A DNA stretch of 64,000 nt from the NCBI GenBank assembly GCA_951406725.2, contig OX597816.1, forward strand, positions 117,056,001 through 117,120,000, read 5' to 3'. How positions within the stretch are numbered: position 1 is the first letter of the stretch; each line of letters starts with the position of its first letter. This document shows, piece by piece, positions 40,690 through 52,903 of this stretch. The notes under the pieces were generated by a model. That model was given only the letters and a program-made list of their open reading frames with translations, ran no database searches and was not told the DNA's origin. The DNA is from Octopus vulgaris. Its lineage: Eukaryota. A program made the position numbers and the translations under genes.

Positions 40690-41870
40690 TAGATTGAGGC
40701 AACTTTCTACTGCATCATCTACTACATCTCTGTGTTGCTGGGGTGTGTGCAGCATTGAGTGTTCTATTCTGCTGTTGGGGGTGTGCAAACTCTTCCCAAT
40801 ACTGTATTGTGTTAACTTTTTTCTTGGGGTGTGGTGTTGTCTTTTGTGTGCTTGTATTGTGTGTGTTGAGTGTGTAATGTTTTGGTTTTCTAGATTGCTG
40901 GTGGGAGTTTATTTCATTGGGTAGGTGCTGTATAGAAGGTGTCTTGTATTTGTGGGTTGTTTTGTTTAGGTCGTATTATTGAATTAATAATGTCTTCTGT
41001 AGAATGTGGGCTGTTCTTAGCAGGGCTATTTTTTGGACAGTGTAGTGTTGAAGATCCAAGTATAGCTTCTACATTTTTGTTCATGTGATTTTTTTATCAT
41101 GCCCAATGCTCCAATTATTATTGGTATTGTTTTTCCCTTCATGCCCCACATTTTGAATATTTAAATATTGAGGTCTTTGTACATCGACAATTACTCCACT
41201 TCTTTTTTGAAAATATTTTGATCAGAAGGGACTGCAATGTCTATCAGTAAGCAAGTGTTTTTTTCCCCAATCCTTGACTATTATGTCTGGGTGATTAGCT
41301 TTTACTTCTTTGCCTGTTTGAACCAGTATATCCCAGATAATTGTGGCCTGATCGTTGTCTTGTACCTTTCTTGGTACATGCTTATAGCACCTGTGTCAGT
41401 TTTGATGTTGTAACATTGGCATATTGTCCAGTAGATATAACTGCTTACTTTGTCATGTCTTTATACATATTCAGAATTGGCAAAGACTGGGCAGCCCGTG
41501 ATGATGTGGTCAGCTGTTTCGTTGTTGTGGTTGCACATTCTGCATTTGGTGTTGAGGCCTGTTTTCATTATTTTATTTTTTGCTTTTATAATTGTTTGTA
41601 GTCAGGCATTGATCTTGTGCAGAAAGAATCAGTCCTTCCATTTCGACTTTTAGTCCAGAGCTTTTGAGCCATTGTTAACTTTTACTTAGGCTCACTTCCT
41701 CTCTATCAAATCTTAAAGTCATTTTTCTCTCCATTTCTTCTACAGTATCTTTTGTAATTCAGTTTCATGTTGTTTTTTTTTTGTCTCTCTGACCATGTCT
41801 GCTATGTTGTCGTCTGAGGTCAGTGTGTCACTGTAGTTTGCTTCTGTTTTTTTTTTCTATTTCCTTTTCG
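40690..41870 (-). mobile_element. Dong/R4-like non-LTR retrotransposon 3' part (CCHC plus restriction-like endonuclease)
   Basis: Minus: KCRMCNHNNETADHIITGC..RHDKV; PDIIVKD..CLLIDIAVPSDQN; PIIIGALG; ends in an AAT-type tail. Confidence 0.9.
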
Positions 41871-42189
41871 TGAAACCAAATGATTGTTGTAAATGAGTGC
41901 CATTCATGCAAATCATGTCTGGCCCTCAGAAAATATTACTCTTCTTAGAAAAAGTGTTGGTGACAGGAAGAGCATCTGACCATGGAAAATATGCCTCAAT
42001 AAATTACGTCCATGCCATGCTGGAGCACTATCTTGAAGGATTTTAGTCAAACTTATTTTTTAAGCCTAGTACTTATTCTGTTGGTCTGTTTTGCTGAGCC
42101 ACTAAGTTACAGAGATATAAATATACCAACACCACTTGTCAAGCAGTAATGGGGGACACAAACACAGACACACACTCATAGATATATAC

Positions 42190-42228
<39 letters not shown>

Positions 42229-42231
<3 letters not shown>

Positions 42232-42610
42232 TTTCTTTTACTCTTTTACTTGTTTCAGTCATTTGACTGTGGCTATGCTGGAGTACCACCTTTAGTCAAG
42301 CAAATCGACCCCAGGACTTATTCTTTGTAAGCCTAGTACTTATTCTATCAGTCTCTTTTGCCGAACCACTAAGTTACAGGGGCATAAACACACCAGCATC
42401 GGTTGTTGGGGGCACAAACGCAGACACACAAACACACACATATATATACATATACATATATACGATGGGCTTCTTTCAGTTTCCGTCTACCAAATCCACT
42501 CACCCAAGGTGCCATGCAGTGGGACTGAACCTGGAACCATGTGGTTGCTAAGCAAGCTACTTACCACACAGCCACTCCTGCACCTATAGCTACTTACCAC
42601 ACAGCCACTC

Positions 42611-42612
<2 letters not shown>
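42229..42612 (-). mobile_element. SINE family A, young copy with duplicated 5' end
   Basis: Near-consensus; AGCTACTTACCACACAGCCACTCCTG occurs twice; a partial second tail at 42015-42180. Confidence 0.9.
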
Positions 42613-42667
<55 letters not shown>

Positions 42668-42669
<2 letters not shown>

Positions 42670-43200
42670 CAGCTATAGATATTTGTTTGCACATAAACCT
42701 AAATTTTTTTGTGTAAATTCATTCATATGTCTGTGTGTATATGTTTGTGTGTGTGTGTGTGTGTATTTGCATGTGTATATGTACATGTGAATTTGTGTAC
42801 ACAAAAAACACACAAAAACATGCTTTCACAATGTATATAGCTATACATATAGCTACCAAGTTAAATCTATAGAACTGATAATTGCTAGTTAGTTACTTGG
42901 GTGGATGGGTGGGTGGGTGGATGAATGGATGGATGGATGGATAGATGGATGAATAGATAGACAGATAGACAGATAGTTTGATAGCTGTGTATGTGTATTT
43001 ATTTAAATATTTGCATGGATGGTCATAAATGCATATGTTTTTTATTGTGAAAGCATGTTTTTGTGCGTTTTTTGTGTACACAAATTCACATGTACATATA
43101 CACATGCAAATACACACACACAAACATATACACACAGACATATGAATGAATTTACACAAAAAAATTTAGGTTTATGTGCAAACAAATATCTATAGCTGAA
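42668..43200. repeat. Near-perfect ~160-bp inverted duplication
   Basis: 42668-42832 is the reverse complement of 43044-43200 apart from TG-tract length and isolated substitution; 211-bp spacer. Confidence 0.92.
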
Positions 43201-43207
43201 CATGTTT

Positions 43208-43296
<89 letters not shown>

Positions 43297-43740
43297 ATAT
43301 AATCTACCCAAATACTTATATTCTTTTCTTTTCTTATTTTATCTGTTTCTTTGGCCAAGCTACTAAGTTACAGGGATGTAAACACACCAGCACTGGTTGT
43401 CAAGCAGCGGTGGAGGAGAAACACATACACAGACAAACACACACATACACACAAACACACAAACACACACACACACACACACACATGTGTGTACATACAT
43501 ACAATGGGCAACATTCAGTTTCCATCTAACAAATCCCCTCACAGGGGTTTGCTTGGCCCGAGGTTATAATAGAAAACACTTTCCCAGGGTGCCATGCAGT
43601 GCGACTGAACCCAGGATCATGTTGTTGGGAAGGTAACTTCTTGCCTCACAGCTACACCTGTGCCCATTATTCTGTAGTAAACTTGTATAACTATGTGTTC
43701 TTCTGTGTCTCTGTCCCTCTTCCTGTGACATCTCTTCTGT

Positions 43741-43789
<49 letters not shown>

Positions 43790-44202
43790 CACACACACAC
43801 ACTCACCTATGCTTTCAATATTTCTGAATTTACTATCGAAAATTCAACGTTAGTTCAGTAAATATGTATATCATGTGCATTTCTATATGTAACTCTATAT
43901 ATATTACGTGTGTTTGCGTGGGTGTGTGTATGTGTGTGTGTGAGTCCACCAAAGTTAATTTATTGTAAATTACCATATGTATTTTTTCCACATATGAATA
44001 CTCACACACACAAACACACCCAAACACTCACCCACCCACACACACACACACACATATATATATATGCATGTATGTGTGTGTCTGTGTATATGTGTATATA
44101 TATATATATAATACACACATTTACATTAATTATTTAAACTATGTACACTTGTATTTATATTCATGTATACTTTTTATAATTATACACATACATGTAAATA
44201 TT

Positions 44203-44248
<46 letters not shown>

Positions 44249-44314
44249 CATACACACACACACACACAATACATATTTAAAACTATATTTGTGAGTTTGT
44301 ATATTTGCTTGTGC

Positions 44315-44361
<47 letters not shown>

Positions 44362-44433
44362 AGTGTGTGTTATATTTTTCATAATTTATGTCTATCTTTT
44401 TTTTTGCTACTTGTTTTTGTTTTCTTTTCCCAG

Positions 44434-44958
44434 TTCCATTACCATATGTAGAACTAAACCGAATTCTGCTTACTGTAATTGTCTGTATGTCTGAGTGTTA
44501 GGATGATGCCAGGCCAGCCAGCGCAGTTCCATGGATTGTCAGATTTTGCGGATGCAAAATAAAATTTGTATTAAAAATCAATGAAATTTCTTCAATATAG
44601 GTAAAAATATAATGCATAAAATAAATATTTATAGGAAATCTGAATATCTTGTCTAAGATAGACATAGGTGGTTATAACAAAGAACTTTCCTCTTCTTATA
44701 GAACAAATATCAGAACATTTGAATATTCAATAGGGATACTGAAGAAAACTAACTATATTTTGAATGCATCATTAATGAATAGTTGGCTTCTTTCATTCTT
44801 TCTTTCTTTCTTTTAGTTTTCTTCTTCATTAATTCTTTTGTTATTTCATGTTTTTTTTTCTTTTACCATTTTATTTTGTTTCCTTTATTTAGCTTTCTTT
44901 CTATTTCTTTGTGTTTTTCTTTTGTAGGAGAGGAGTTTACCAGCCTTTCTTTCATTAA
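44434..44958 (+). other. Two candidate non-coding exons (44434-44600, 44928-44958)
   Basis: Long polypyrimidine tracts ending CAG (44433) and TAG (44927); donors AG|GTAAAA and AA|GTAAGG; no through-going ORF. Confidence 0.3.
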
Positions 44959-45097
44959 GTAAGGAATATTGGGATACATATATTTCTGAATATTATTAAA
45001 AGAATTGAATTTATACAGTAGAAGGTTTATTATTATATTTCAAGGATTAGACAAATATTCGCACAAAAGTATTGTGTTTTGATATTTCACTCCATCT

Positions 45098-45128
<31 letters not shown>

Positions 45129-45313
45129 TGCTCTCACTTTCAATTTCTTTCTCTAACTCCCTTACATGCTTCAATTCTTCATGGAGTATATGCAAGTTCA
45201 TTAATATATATCATATATAAATATGTACACACACATGCATCCACCCACAAAGATATGTATATGTATGTACATATATACATATGCATGAATTTATGTACAT
45301 TTATAATATATAT

Positions 45314-45388
<75 letters not shown>

Positions 45389-45491
45389 AAAATATACATA
45401 TATATATATATATGTGTGTGTGTAGATATACATATATATATGCACATGCATACATATAAATTTTTGTTCGCACACACATACACTTGCACAC

Positions 45492-45546
<55 letters not shown>

Positions 45547-45917
45547 GATATATATATTTATGTGTGTGTGTGTATGTGGAGATATATATGTATATATTAC
45601 GTGCATGTGTGTATGTGTATATGTATATATGTATATGCCCCAACATGATCACAAATCCCGGCTCATACAAATAACATCATACATGTGTGTGTGTGTGTGC
45701 GAGTTTGTGTGTGTGTGTGCGTGTGTGTGTATATACATACAAATAAACATATATAAACATTTATAAATATGTGTGTATGCACAAATATATAGATATTTAT
45801 ACATACACACACATAACAGCATATATAAAGTATGTATAATTCATAAAATATATTTATTTAATGTGTGTGTTTGTGTGTGTGTTTGTGTGTGTGTTTATGT
45901 GTGTGTGTGTGCATGTG

Positions 45918-45963
<46 letters not shown>

Positions 45964-46540
45964 TATACATATATATATGTATATATATGTATGCATATTT
46001 TATGTATATGTATGTATGTGTGTGCATAACTGTATCAGTGTGCATATGTGTATGTGAAGGTATGTATGTGTGTGTATATATATATAAACATATATATATA
46101 TGATTGCATGTAACATGTATAGTTATATGCATGTATTTATGTGTGAGTAAATAAATGTATGTAGCATATATATTCATATGTATGCATTTATGCCTATTTG
46201 TGTGTGTCTGTGCATGTGTGTGTGTCTGAGCATGTGTGTGTATATGTATATTTATATATATGAAATATATATAATATATATGTATAATATATATATATAC
46301 ATACATATATTTATATACATGCATATATATAAACATATATATATCTTATATACACATATTATACATACATACATACATATATATATATACATACATATAT
46401 AAAGACATAGATATATATGATATATATGATATATATTATATATATATACATAAATATATATATATATAATATATATGTATATATATATATACATATATAT
46501 GTATATTATATAACATATATGTGATATATTATTATATATG

Positions 46541-46607
<67 letters not shown>

Positions 46608-46907
46608 CATACATACATATTATATATAAGGATTGTTCAATAAATAAGATAATAAAATGTGATTACAATTCTAAAAAAGACAAAGAAAATTTTTCTCAAT
46701 ATAGATGGAAATAAAATCGTAATAATTTACTGCATGTCATAATATATTGCTTTCTGTATAGATATAGACACAGAGTCACATATGCACACACACACACAAT
46801 ATATATATATATATATATGCATACATATATGTGCATATATATATATTCATATATATATATATATATATACACATATATATATATTATATATATATATATA
46901 TATATAA

Positions 46908-46976
<69 letters not shown>

Positions 46977-46991
46977 AATGAAAACACTCAC

Positions 46992-47110
46992 CATAAGGTG
47001 CAACATGCTACCAAAGCATATGGGCATATAGACCTCTCCTACACTCCTATCTCTGACATGGTTGGATAATCCTCTTAACTCTAGATAAACTAGTGTGCTG
47101 AGTCTATATG
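46992..47110 (-). other. Candidate 119-nt exon
   Basis: Minus: pyrimidine tract..TACACAG| exon |GTGAGT; one frame open (YRLSTLVYLELRG...LHLM), protein not recognised. Confidence 0.3.
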
Positions 47111-47354
47111 CTGTGTATAAGTAAAAAGGAATATAGAAAACAAGTTCAGTATTATTGCTTTACATATTGTATTTGTGTTTCATAAGACACAGAGCATCAA
47201 TTATATGAGCATGAAATTCAGTAGTGTGAGCTATCGCTGTTAGCCACATTTAATAAATTTAAAAGAAGTTCTAATAATATCAATAATCTTAAAACCAGAA
47301 TCAAAAGCAGTTATAATATTGACAACAATTAAGATATACACAAGAAAAGGACAT

Positions 47355-48207
47355 ATTGCTTTCTACTATAGGTATAAAACTTGAGTGTTTAGGAGATGGG
47401 GCAGGTAGATAACATTGATTCCACTGCTCAACTAGTACTTTTTTTATCAATCCTGGAAAGTCAAACTCAGCAGAAATTAAACTTAGAACATAGACAGAAG
47501 AAATACCACTTAGCATTTTGTCCAGTTTGCTAACAATTCTGCCAGCAGAATGCCTGAAAAATAGGAAAAGAAACAACAACAACAACGACGACGATGCCCT
47601 GTTGCAGTAGAAGTAGTGGGAGAGTATCATAGCCATGTGTTTAGAGGGATTCTTTGGGATTTGAATAATTTACCTCTGGAAACATGGGTATTTCGTTCAA
47701 CACCCTTAAACAACTCTTATTCAAGAGCCATTTGAGCGTGATGGGCTACTCAACCTGAAGAAAATTCTAACTGGGCCCCACCTGCAAGATCATGCACTGT
47801 TTATCTTGATATGAGATCACCATGTCGAGCACATATGGTTGTGATGCATGTGCCTAGTGTACCCTTATCAGACAGGTAATCATGATGAGTATACTGGATT
47901 TCATATATTTTACTCCAGTGTCACTTTGATGGCATGCACTGCTCTCTCACTCAATAATAATAATAATGATATTAATCCCTTCTACTAAAGGTACAAGGCC
48001 TGAAAATTTGGGGGAAGGAGACTAGTCGATTACATCAACCCCAGTGTTTCCCTGGTACCTTAATTTATCAAACCCAAAAAGATGGAAGACAAAGTCAACC
48101 TCAGCAGAATTTGAACTCAGAACATCAAGGTAAACAAAATGCCATGAAGCATTTCACCTAACATGCTAACGATTCTGCCAGCTTACTGCCTTGATAAAAA
48201 CAACAGC

Positions 48208-48280
<73 letters not shown>

Positions 48281-49016
48281 GTTTCAAATTTTGTGTTTTA
48301 TTGGTACAGTAGTGGTTGATTACATCAATCTTGGTACTTGATTAGTACTTATTTTATCGACCCTGAAAGGATGAAAGGTGAAGTTGTTCTCAACAGAGTC
48401 TGAACACAAAGTATGAAAATGAATGATATGCCAGTAAGAATTTTCTCCAGTGTGCTAACAATTCTTCCAGCTCACTGCCTTAAGAAAAGGTAATAATGAT
48501 GGTAATCCTTTCTATTTTAGACACAAGACCTGAAATTTTGTGGGAGGGGACTAGTCATTTACATTTATCCCACTACTTGAATAAGATTTATTTTATCAAC
48601 CTCCCAAAGGATGAAAGGCAAAGTCAACCCTGATGGAATATGAACTCAATACATAGACAGACAAAATGCAGTTAACCATTTTGCCTAGCATGCTAATGAT
48701 TCTACCAGCTTACTACCTTATGTAAAGTCAGAAAAAATGCGACTAAGCATTTTATCCAATGTGTTAACAATTCTACCAGCTAGCCACCTTAATAATAATA
48801 ATAGTTCTTTCTATTAAAGGCACAAAGCCTGCAATTTTGGGGAGGAAACTAATCGATTACATCAACCCCAGTGTTTTATTGGTACATAATTTATCAACCC
48901 TGAAAGGATGAAAGGCAAAATCAACTTCAGCAAAATTTGAAATCAGAACATAAAGATGGACAAAATGCTGCTAAGCATTTGCCTGGTGTGCTAACAACGT
49001 TGCCAGTTCACTGCCT

Positions 49017-49018
<2 letters not shown>
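47355..49018 (-). mobile_element. Cluster of 5-6 co-oriented SINE family C copies separated by (AAT)n
   Basis: Units at about 47355-47555, 47975-48193, 48280-48480, 48505-48720, 48735-48790 (partial), 48805-49018. Confidence 0.85.
47600..47965 (+). mobile_element. Non-LTR retroelement 3' end with (AAT)n tail, family uncertain
   Basis: Complex sequence ending GCACTGCTCTCTCACTC-AATAATAAT inside an AAC/AAT repeat context. Confidence 0.5.
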
Positions 49019-49078
<60 letters not shown>

Positions 49079-49079
49079 G

Positions 49080-50516
49080 CAATACATAGGCTAAACCAAA
49101 AACAGTCTACGTCAAAGGATGGCTCTACATAGGTCTCAGATCAAAATTTGGGAATACAGAAAAATAACATTCAGCGAACACATTGTCATTTGCGCCACTA
49201 ACAAACAACCCAGCTTCAGAATTTTTCCCTTCTATAAACTCACAGACAATACAACCTGTAGTCAGCACATTAGTAAAGAGTCATACTTTATCACAAAATA
49301 TAAACCCCTTTTGAATGCGTCCACCACAAATGTCACTATTACAAGGGCCTCAGAATAATACCCATGCAAATACTTAAAATGATATATTCAGAAGAGTCAC
49401 TACTCATGAATTTATTCTGAACAATTCCAATCACTACTATTACAACCACAACGGTTCACTTTTAGGTCACTTGACCATTTAAGAGGATTCCACCAACATC
49501 CTACAACTGTCATACCACTTCCGCATTCTTCTTCTTCTTCTTCTTATTCTTATTCTTCTTATTATTATTATTATTATTTTCCTTCTTCTTCACTGCCACC
49601 TCCTTTCCCAACTACTACTACTTAAACAATCAAAACCAAGAATTCATATCAAATATTAGGACTTATAATAACTGCTACCTACCACCAAGAACTCATGTGA
49701 ATAAAAAAGAGAGACAGAGACATATGTTTTTAGAGACTTTTCATAGCTTTGGGTTGTCTTTTGCTCTTTATGATGGCATGCGTTTGGAGGATTAAATTCA
49801 TTCTGTGGTCCCTTTTTAGAAGGGGAATGTTCTGGAGAATGGTGTCAAAGGCTTCATTATTAACAGGGTTGTGTGTGGAGATGTATGGTAGAACTTTTGG
49901 TTGTAAATCCTTCTTTAATTTGGGATGCCTGAGTTCATGGATGTTGAGTTGTAGGGCACGTTGAAAGCATATGTCAATTAGTGATGGTGTTTAGTTCCTG
50001 GTGCTTGTATTAGAAACTACAGTACCCATTAATTTATTCGGAACAATTCCAATCACTGCTATTACAACCACAACGGGTCACTTTTAAGGTACTTGAACAT
50101 TTAAGAGGATTCCACCAACAACCTACAACTGTCATACCACTCCTGCATTTTTATTATTCTTTCTTTTTTCTTTTTTTTTTCTTCTTTTTCTTCTTCCACT
50201 TCTTCTGCTTCTTCTTCACTGCTGCCACCTCATTTCCCAACTACTACTGCTGTTGAAACAATCAAAACCAAGAATTCATATCAAATATTAGGACTGCTGC
50301 TACCTGCCACCGACTACCAAGCCCTCACAAGAGTAAAAAAGAGAGACAGAGACAGACAGAAAAAAGGAAAATGCCCCTTGCATTTGAAAACTATGGAAAT
50401 ATTTTGAAAAGACATTTCATTTAATTTTTTCCACAATTTAATTGTTTTTCATGCTTTACTCTAAGTTGAAAAAGTCGCAAAGACTGAATCTGGTACTAAA
50501 ATGTTCTTCATGATAA
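49080..50516 (+). mobile_element. Penelope-like element: GIY-YIG endonuclease remnant, two 3' repeats and an inverted RT-linker fragment
   Basis: QYIG*TKNSLRQRMALHRSQI...SEHI..C...KESYFITKYKPLLNA; minus 49740-49990 LPYISTHNP...SKRQPKAMK; 49400-49720 repeated at 50030-50350. Confidence 0.9.
50464..50500 (+). ncRNA. U3:A8 variant hammerhead (A15.1->T damaged copy)
   Basis: AG-TTGAAAA-AGTC GCAAA GACT-GAATC-TG-GTA-CT. Confidence 0.6.
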
Positions 50517-50822
50517 AATTATTTTAGCATTTTATATATATATATATATATACAATGTACTGATGTGTGATGAAAATTTTCAGCGGCTGTAAATATATGT
50601 CAAAGTAAATTTTGAAGAATTGGAATATTCCGGCCATACATGATTAACTTGTTGATAGCTTTCCTGCCTTATAATTTAAAATCTGAGGATTTTACCTTTT
50701 AGTTTTAGTTTTTACTTGTTCGTTTTCGGTTTTTTAACCTTCCATGTTTCCTATATGCTGCTTTCTCAACTTTTCGTCTTCTTTCTCTCATTCAACTTTC
50801 AGTTCGTTATGATATAGGGTTT

Positions 50823-50877
50823 GTGTCTAATGAATATGTTTGAGATATTTCTAAACATATGAAACTGTTAATAGCAC
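50823..50877 (+). ncRNA. Degenerate hammerhead
   Basis: GTGT-CTAATGA-ATATGTTT...AAACATAT-GAAACTGTTAATA-GCAC; perfect 8-bp stem II; two G->A changes from a canonical fold. Confidence 0.5.
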
Positions 50878-50904
50878 TTAAAAACATGTATTCTTTCTAT
50901 TAAA

Positions 50905-50963
<59 letters not shown>

Positions 50964-50976
50964 TGTGTCTGTGTCT

Positions 50977-51078
<102 letters not shown>

Positions 51079-51214
51079 ATCATCGTCATCGTCATCATCC
51101 GTTTTCCATGCTGGCATGGGTATACAAATATGCATGTTTTTAAGTTTATATAAATATATGTACATATACAGAAATTCCATGAGAATGTACACAATGCAAG
51201 CTATGAACACATAA

Positions 51215-52318
51215 GAGGTGCAGCAATATCAGAGGAAGGCTAACTGGGAAAATAGTTTTTGTGTGGAAGATGCATGGGTACAATAAGCACTAAAAATATA
51301 CAGAAAATAGACTCCATCCAATGCCAAGGGAGTAAGTTAGAGGTGGTTGATAGCCTCCGTTACCTAGGTGCCTAAGTCAGTAGCGGAAGTCGTAGCTCCG
51401 AGAGCGTAGCTGCGAGAATAAAAATTGGGCTGAGTTCAAAGAGCTCCTTCCTCTGTTTGCACAAAGAGCCTCTCCCCTCAGAGTGAAAGGCAGACAGTAT
51501 GAACCTGTGTGCGAACAGCCATGCTACATACCAGTAAAAAATGGACTGTGATTGCCGAGGACATGTGTATGCTTGAAAGAAATGAAGCTAGCAATGCTTC
51601 ACTGGATGTGCAATGTCATTATGCATGTACGACAGAGTATAAGCGCCTTGAAAGAAAAGTTGAGCATAAGAGGCATCAGATGTAGAGTGCAAGAGAGATG
51701 ACTGCACTGGTGTAGTCATGTGATGCATGTGGACGAGAATAGCTGTGTAAAGAAGTGTTGATCTCTGACTGTAGAGGGAACCTGGGAAAGAGGTAGACCC
51801 AGGAAGAACATAGAACGAGGTGGTGAAGCATGATCTTTGAACGTTGGGCCTCACGGAGGCAATGACTAGTGACCAAGACGTTTGGCAATATGCCGTGCTT
51901 GAGAAGACCTGTCAAGCCAAGTGAAATCCTAGTTGTGGCTGATGCCAGTGTCGTATAACTAGAACCCATGCCGGTGGCATGTAGAAAGCACCTTTCGAAC
52001 GTTGGGCCTCACGGAGGCAATGACAAATGACCGAGACCTTTGGCAATATGCCGTGCTTGAAAAGAAAACCCATCAAGCCAAGTGAAGTCATAGTCGTGAC
52101 AGATACTGGTGTTATGCAACTGGCACCCATACCAGTGGCACTTAAAAGCACACATTACTCTCTCAGAGTGGTTGGTGTTAGGAAGGGCATCCAGCCGTAG
52201 AAACCATGCCAAATCAAACTGGAACCTAGTGCATCCTCTCAGCTTGCCAGCCCAGATTAAACCATCCAACCCATGCCAGCATGGACAATGGACATTAAAT
52301 GATGATGATTTTGATGAT
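51215..52318 (+). mobile_element. RTE LINE 3' portion (RT C-terminus, 3' UTR, GAT tail)
   Basis: LEVVDSLRYLG, CVRTAMLHTSKKWT, RRLHWCSHV, RGRPRK motifs; 158-bp internal duplication; tail shared with 1005-1255 and 1912-2163. Confidence 0.9.
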
Positions 52319-52341
52319 ACAACATATGTATAAAAATATTT

Positions 52342-52420
<79 letters not shown>

Positions 52421-52460
52421 TATGTCTGTAAATGTATGCATATCTATATTCAGATATACG

Positions 52461-52492
<32 letters not shown>

Positions 52493-52505
52493 TGCACACA
52501 CGCAC

Positions 52506-52546
<41 letters not shown>

Positions 52547-52706
52547 GCTATTTAGCCATAGTGAGTTATCAAAATTAAGTTAAATGAATTTAATTCAATC
52601 CTTTAATTCATCCTTCTTTTTTGTTTACACTGAAGGTTTCGCTTTCATATACTATATAAGAAATTAAATTAACAAGGGAATAAGAAATTATATCATGAAT
52701 TTCATC

Positions 52707-52787
52707 ACCTTACAACTGTTTCTACCATAAGATGGAACGCATTCATAGTTGAATGTTTGTGTATCACCCTATAGCTTCATCAGAGCT
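52707..52787 (-). ncRNA. Type-I minimal hammerhead, core intact, stems slightly decayed
   Basis: Minus: AGCT-CTGATGA-A-GCTATAGG...CTTATGGT-A-GAAAC-AGTT-GTA-AGGT; sister copy at 9052-9172. Confidence 0.7.
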
Positions 52788-52903
52788 TCAGAAATGAAGT
52801 GCGTCGACCGATGCTTTGTTGTGAAGCACATGTATATTGAGTTCTAACACCAGGTTTTTAGTATCACTATGTCTATACGAACTAATATGATATTTATATA
52901 TTA

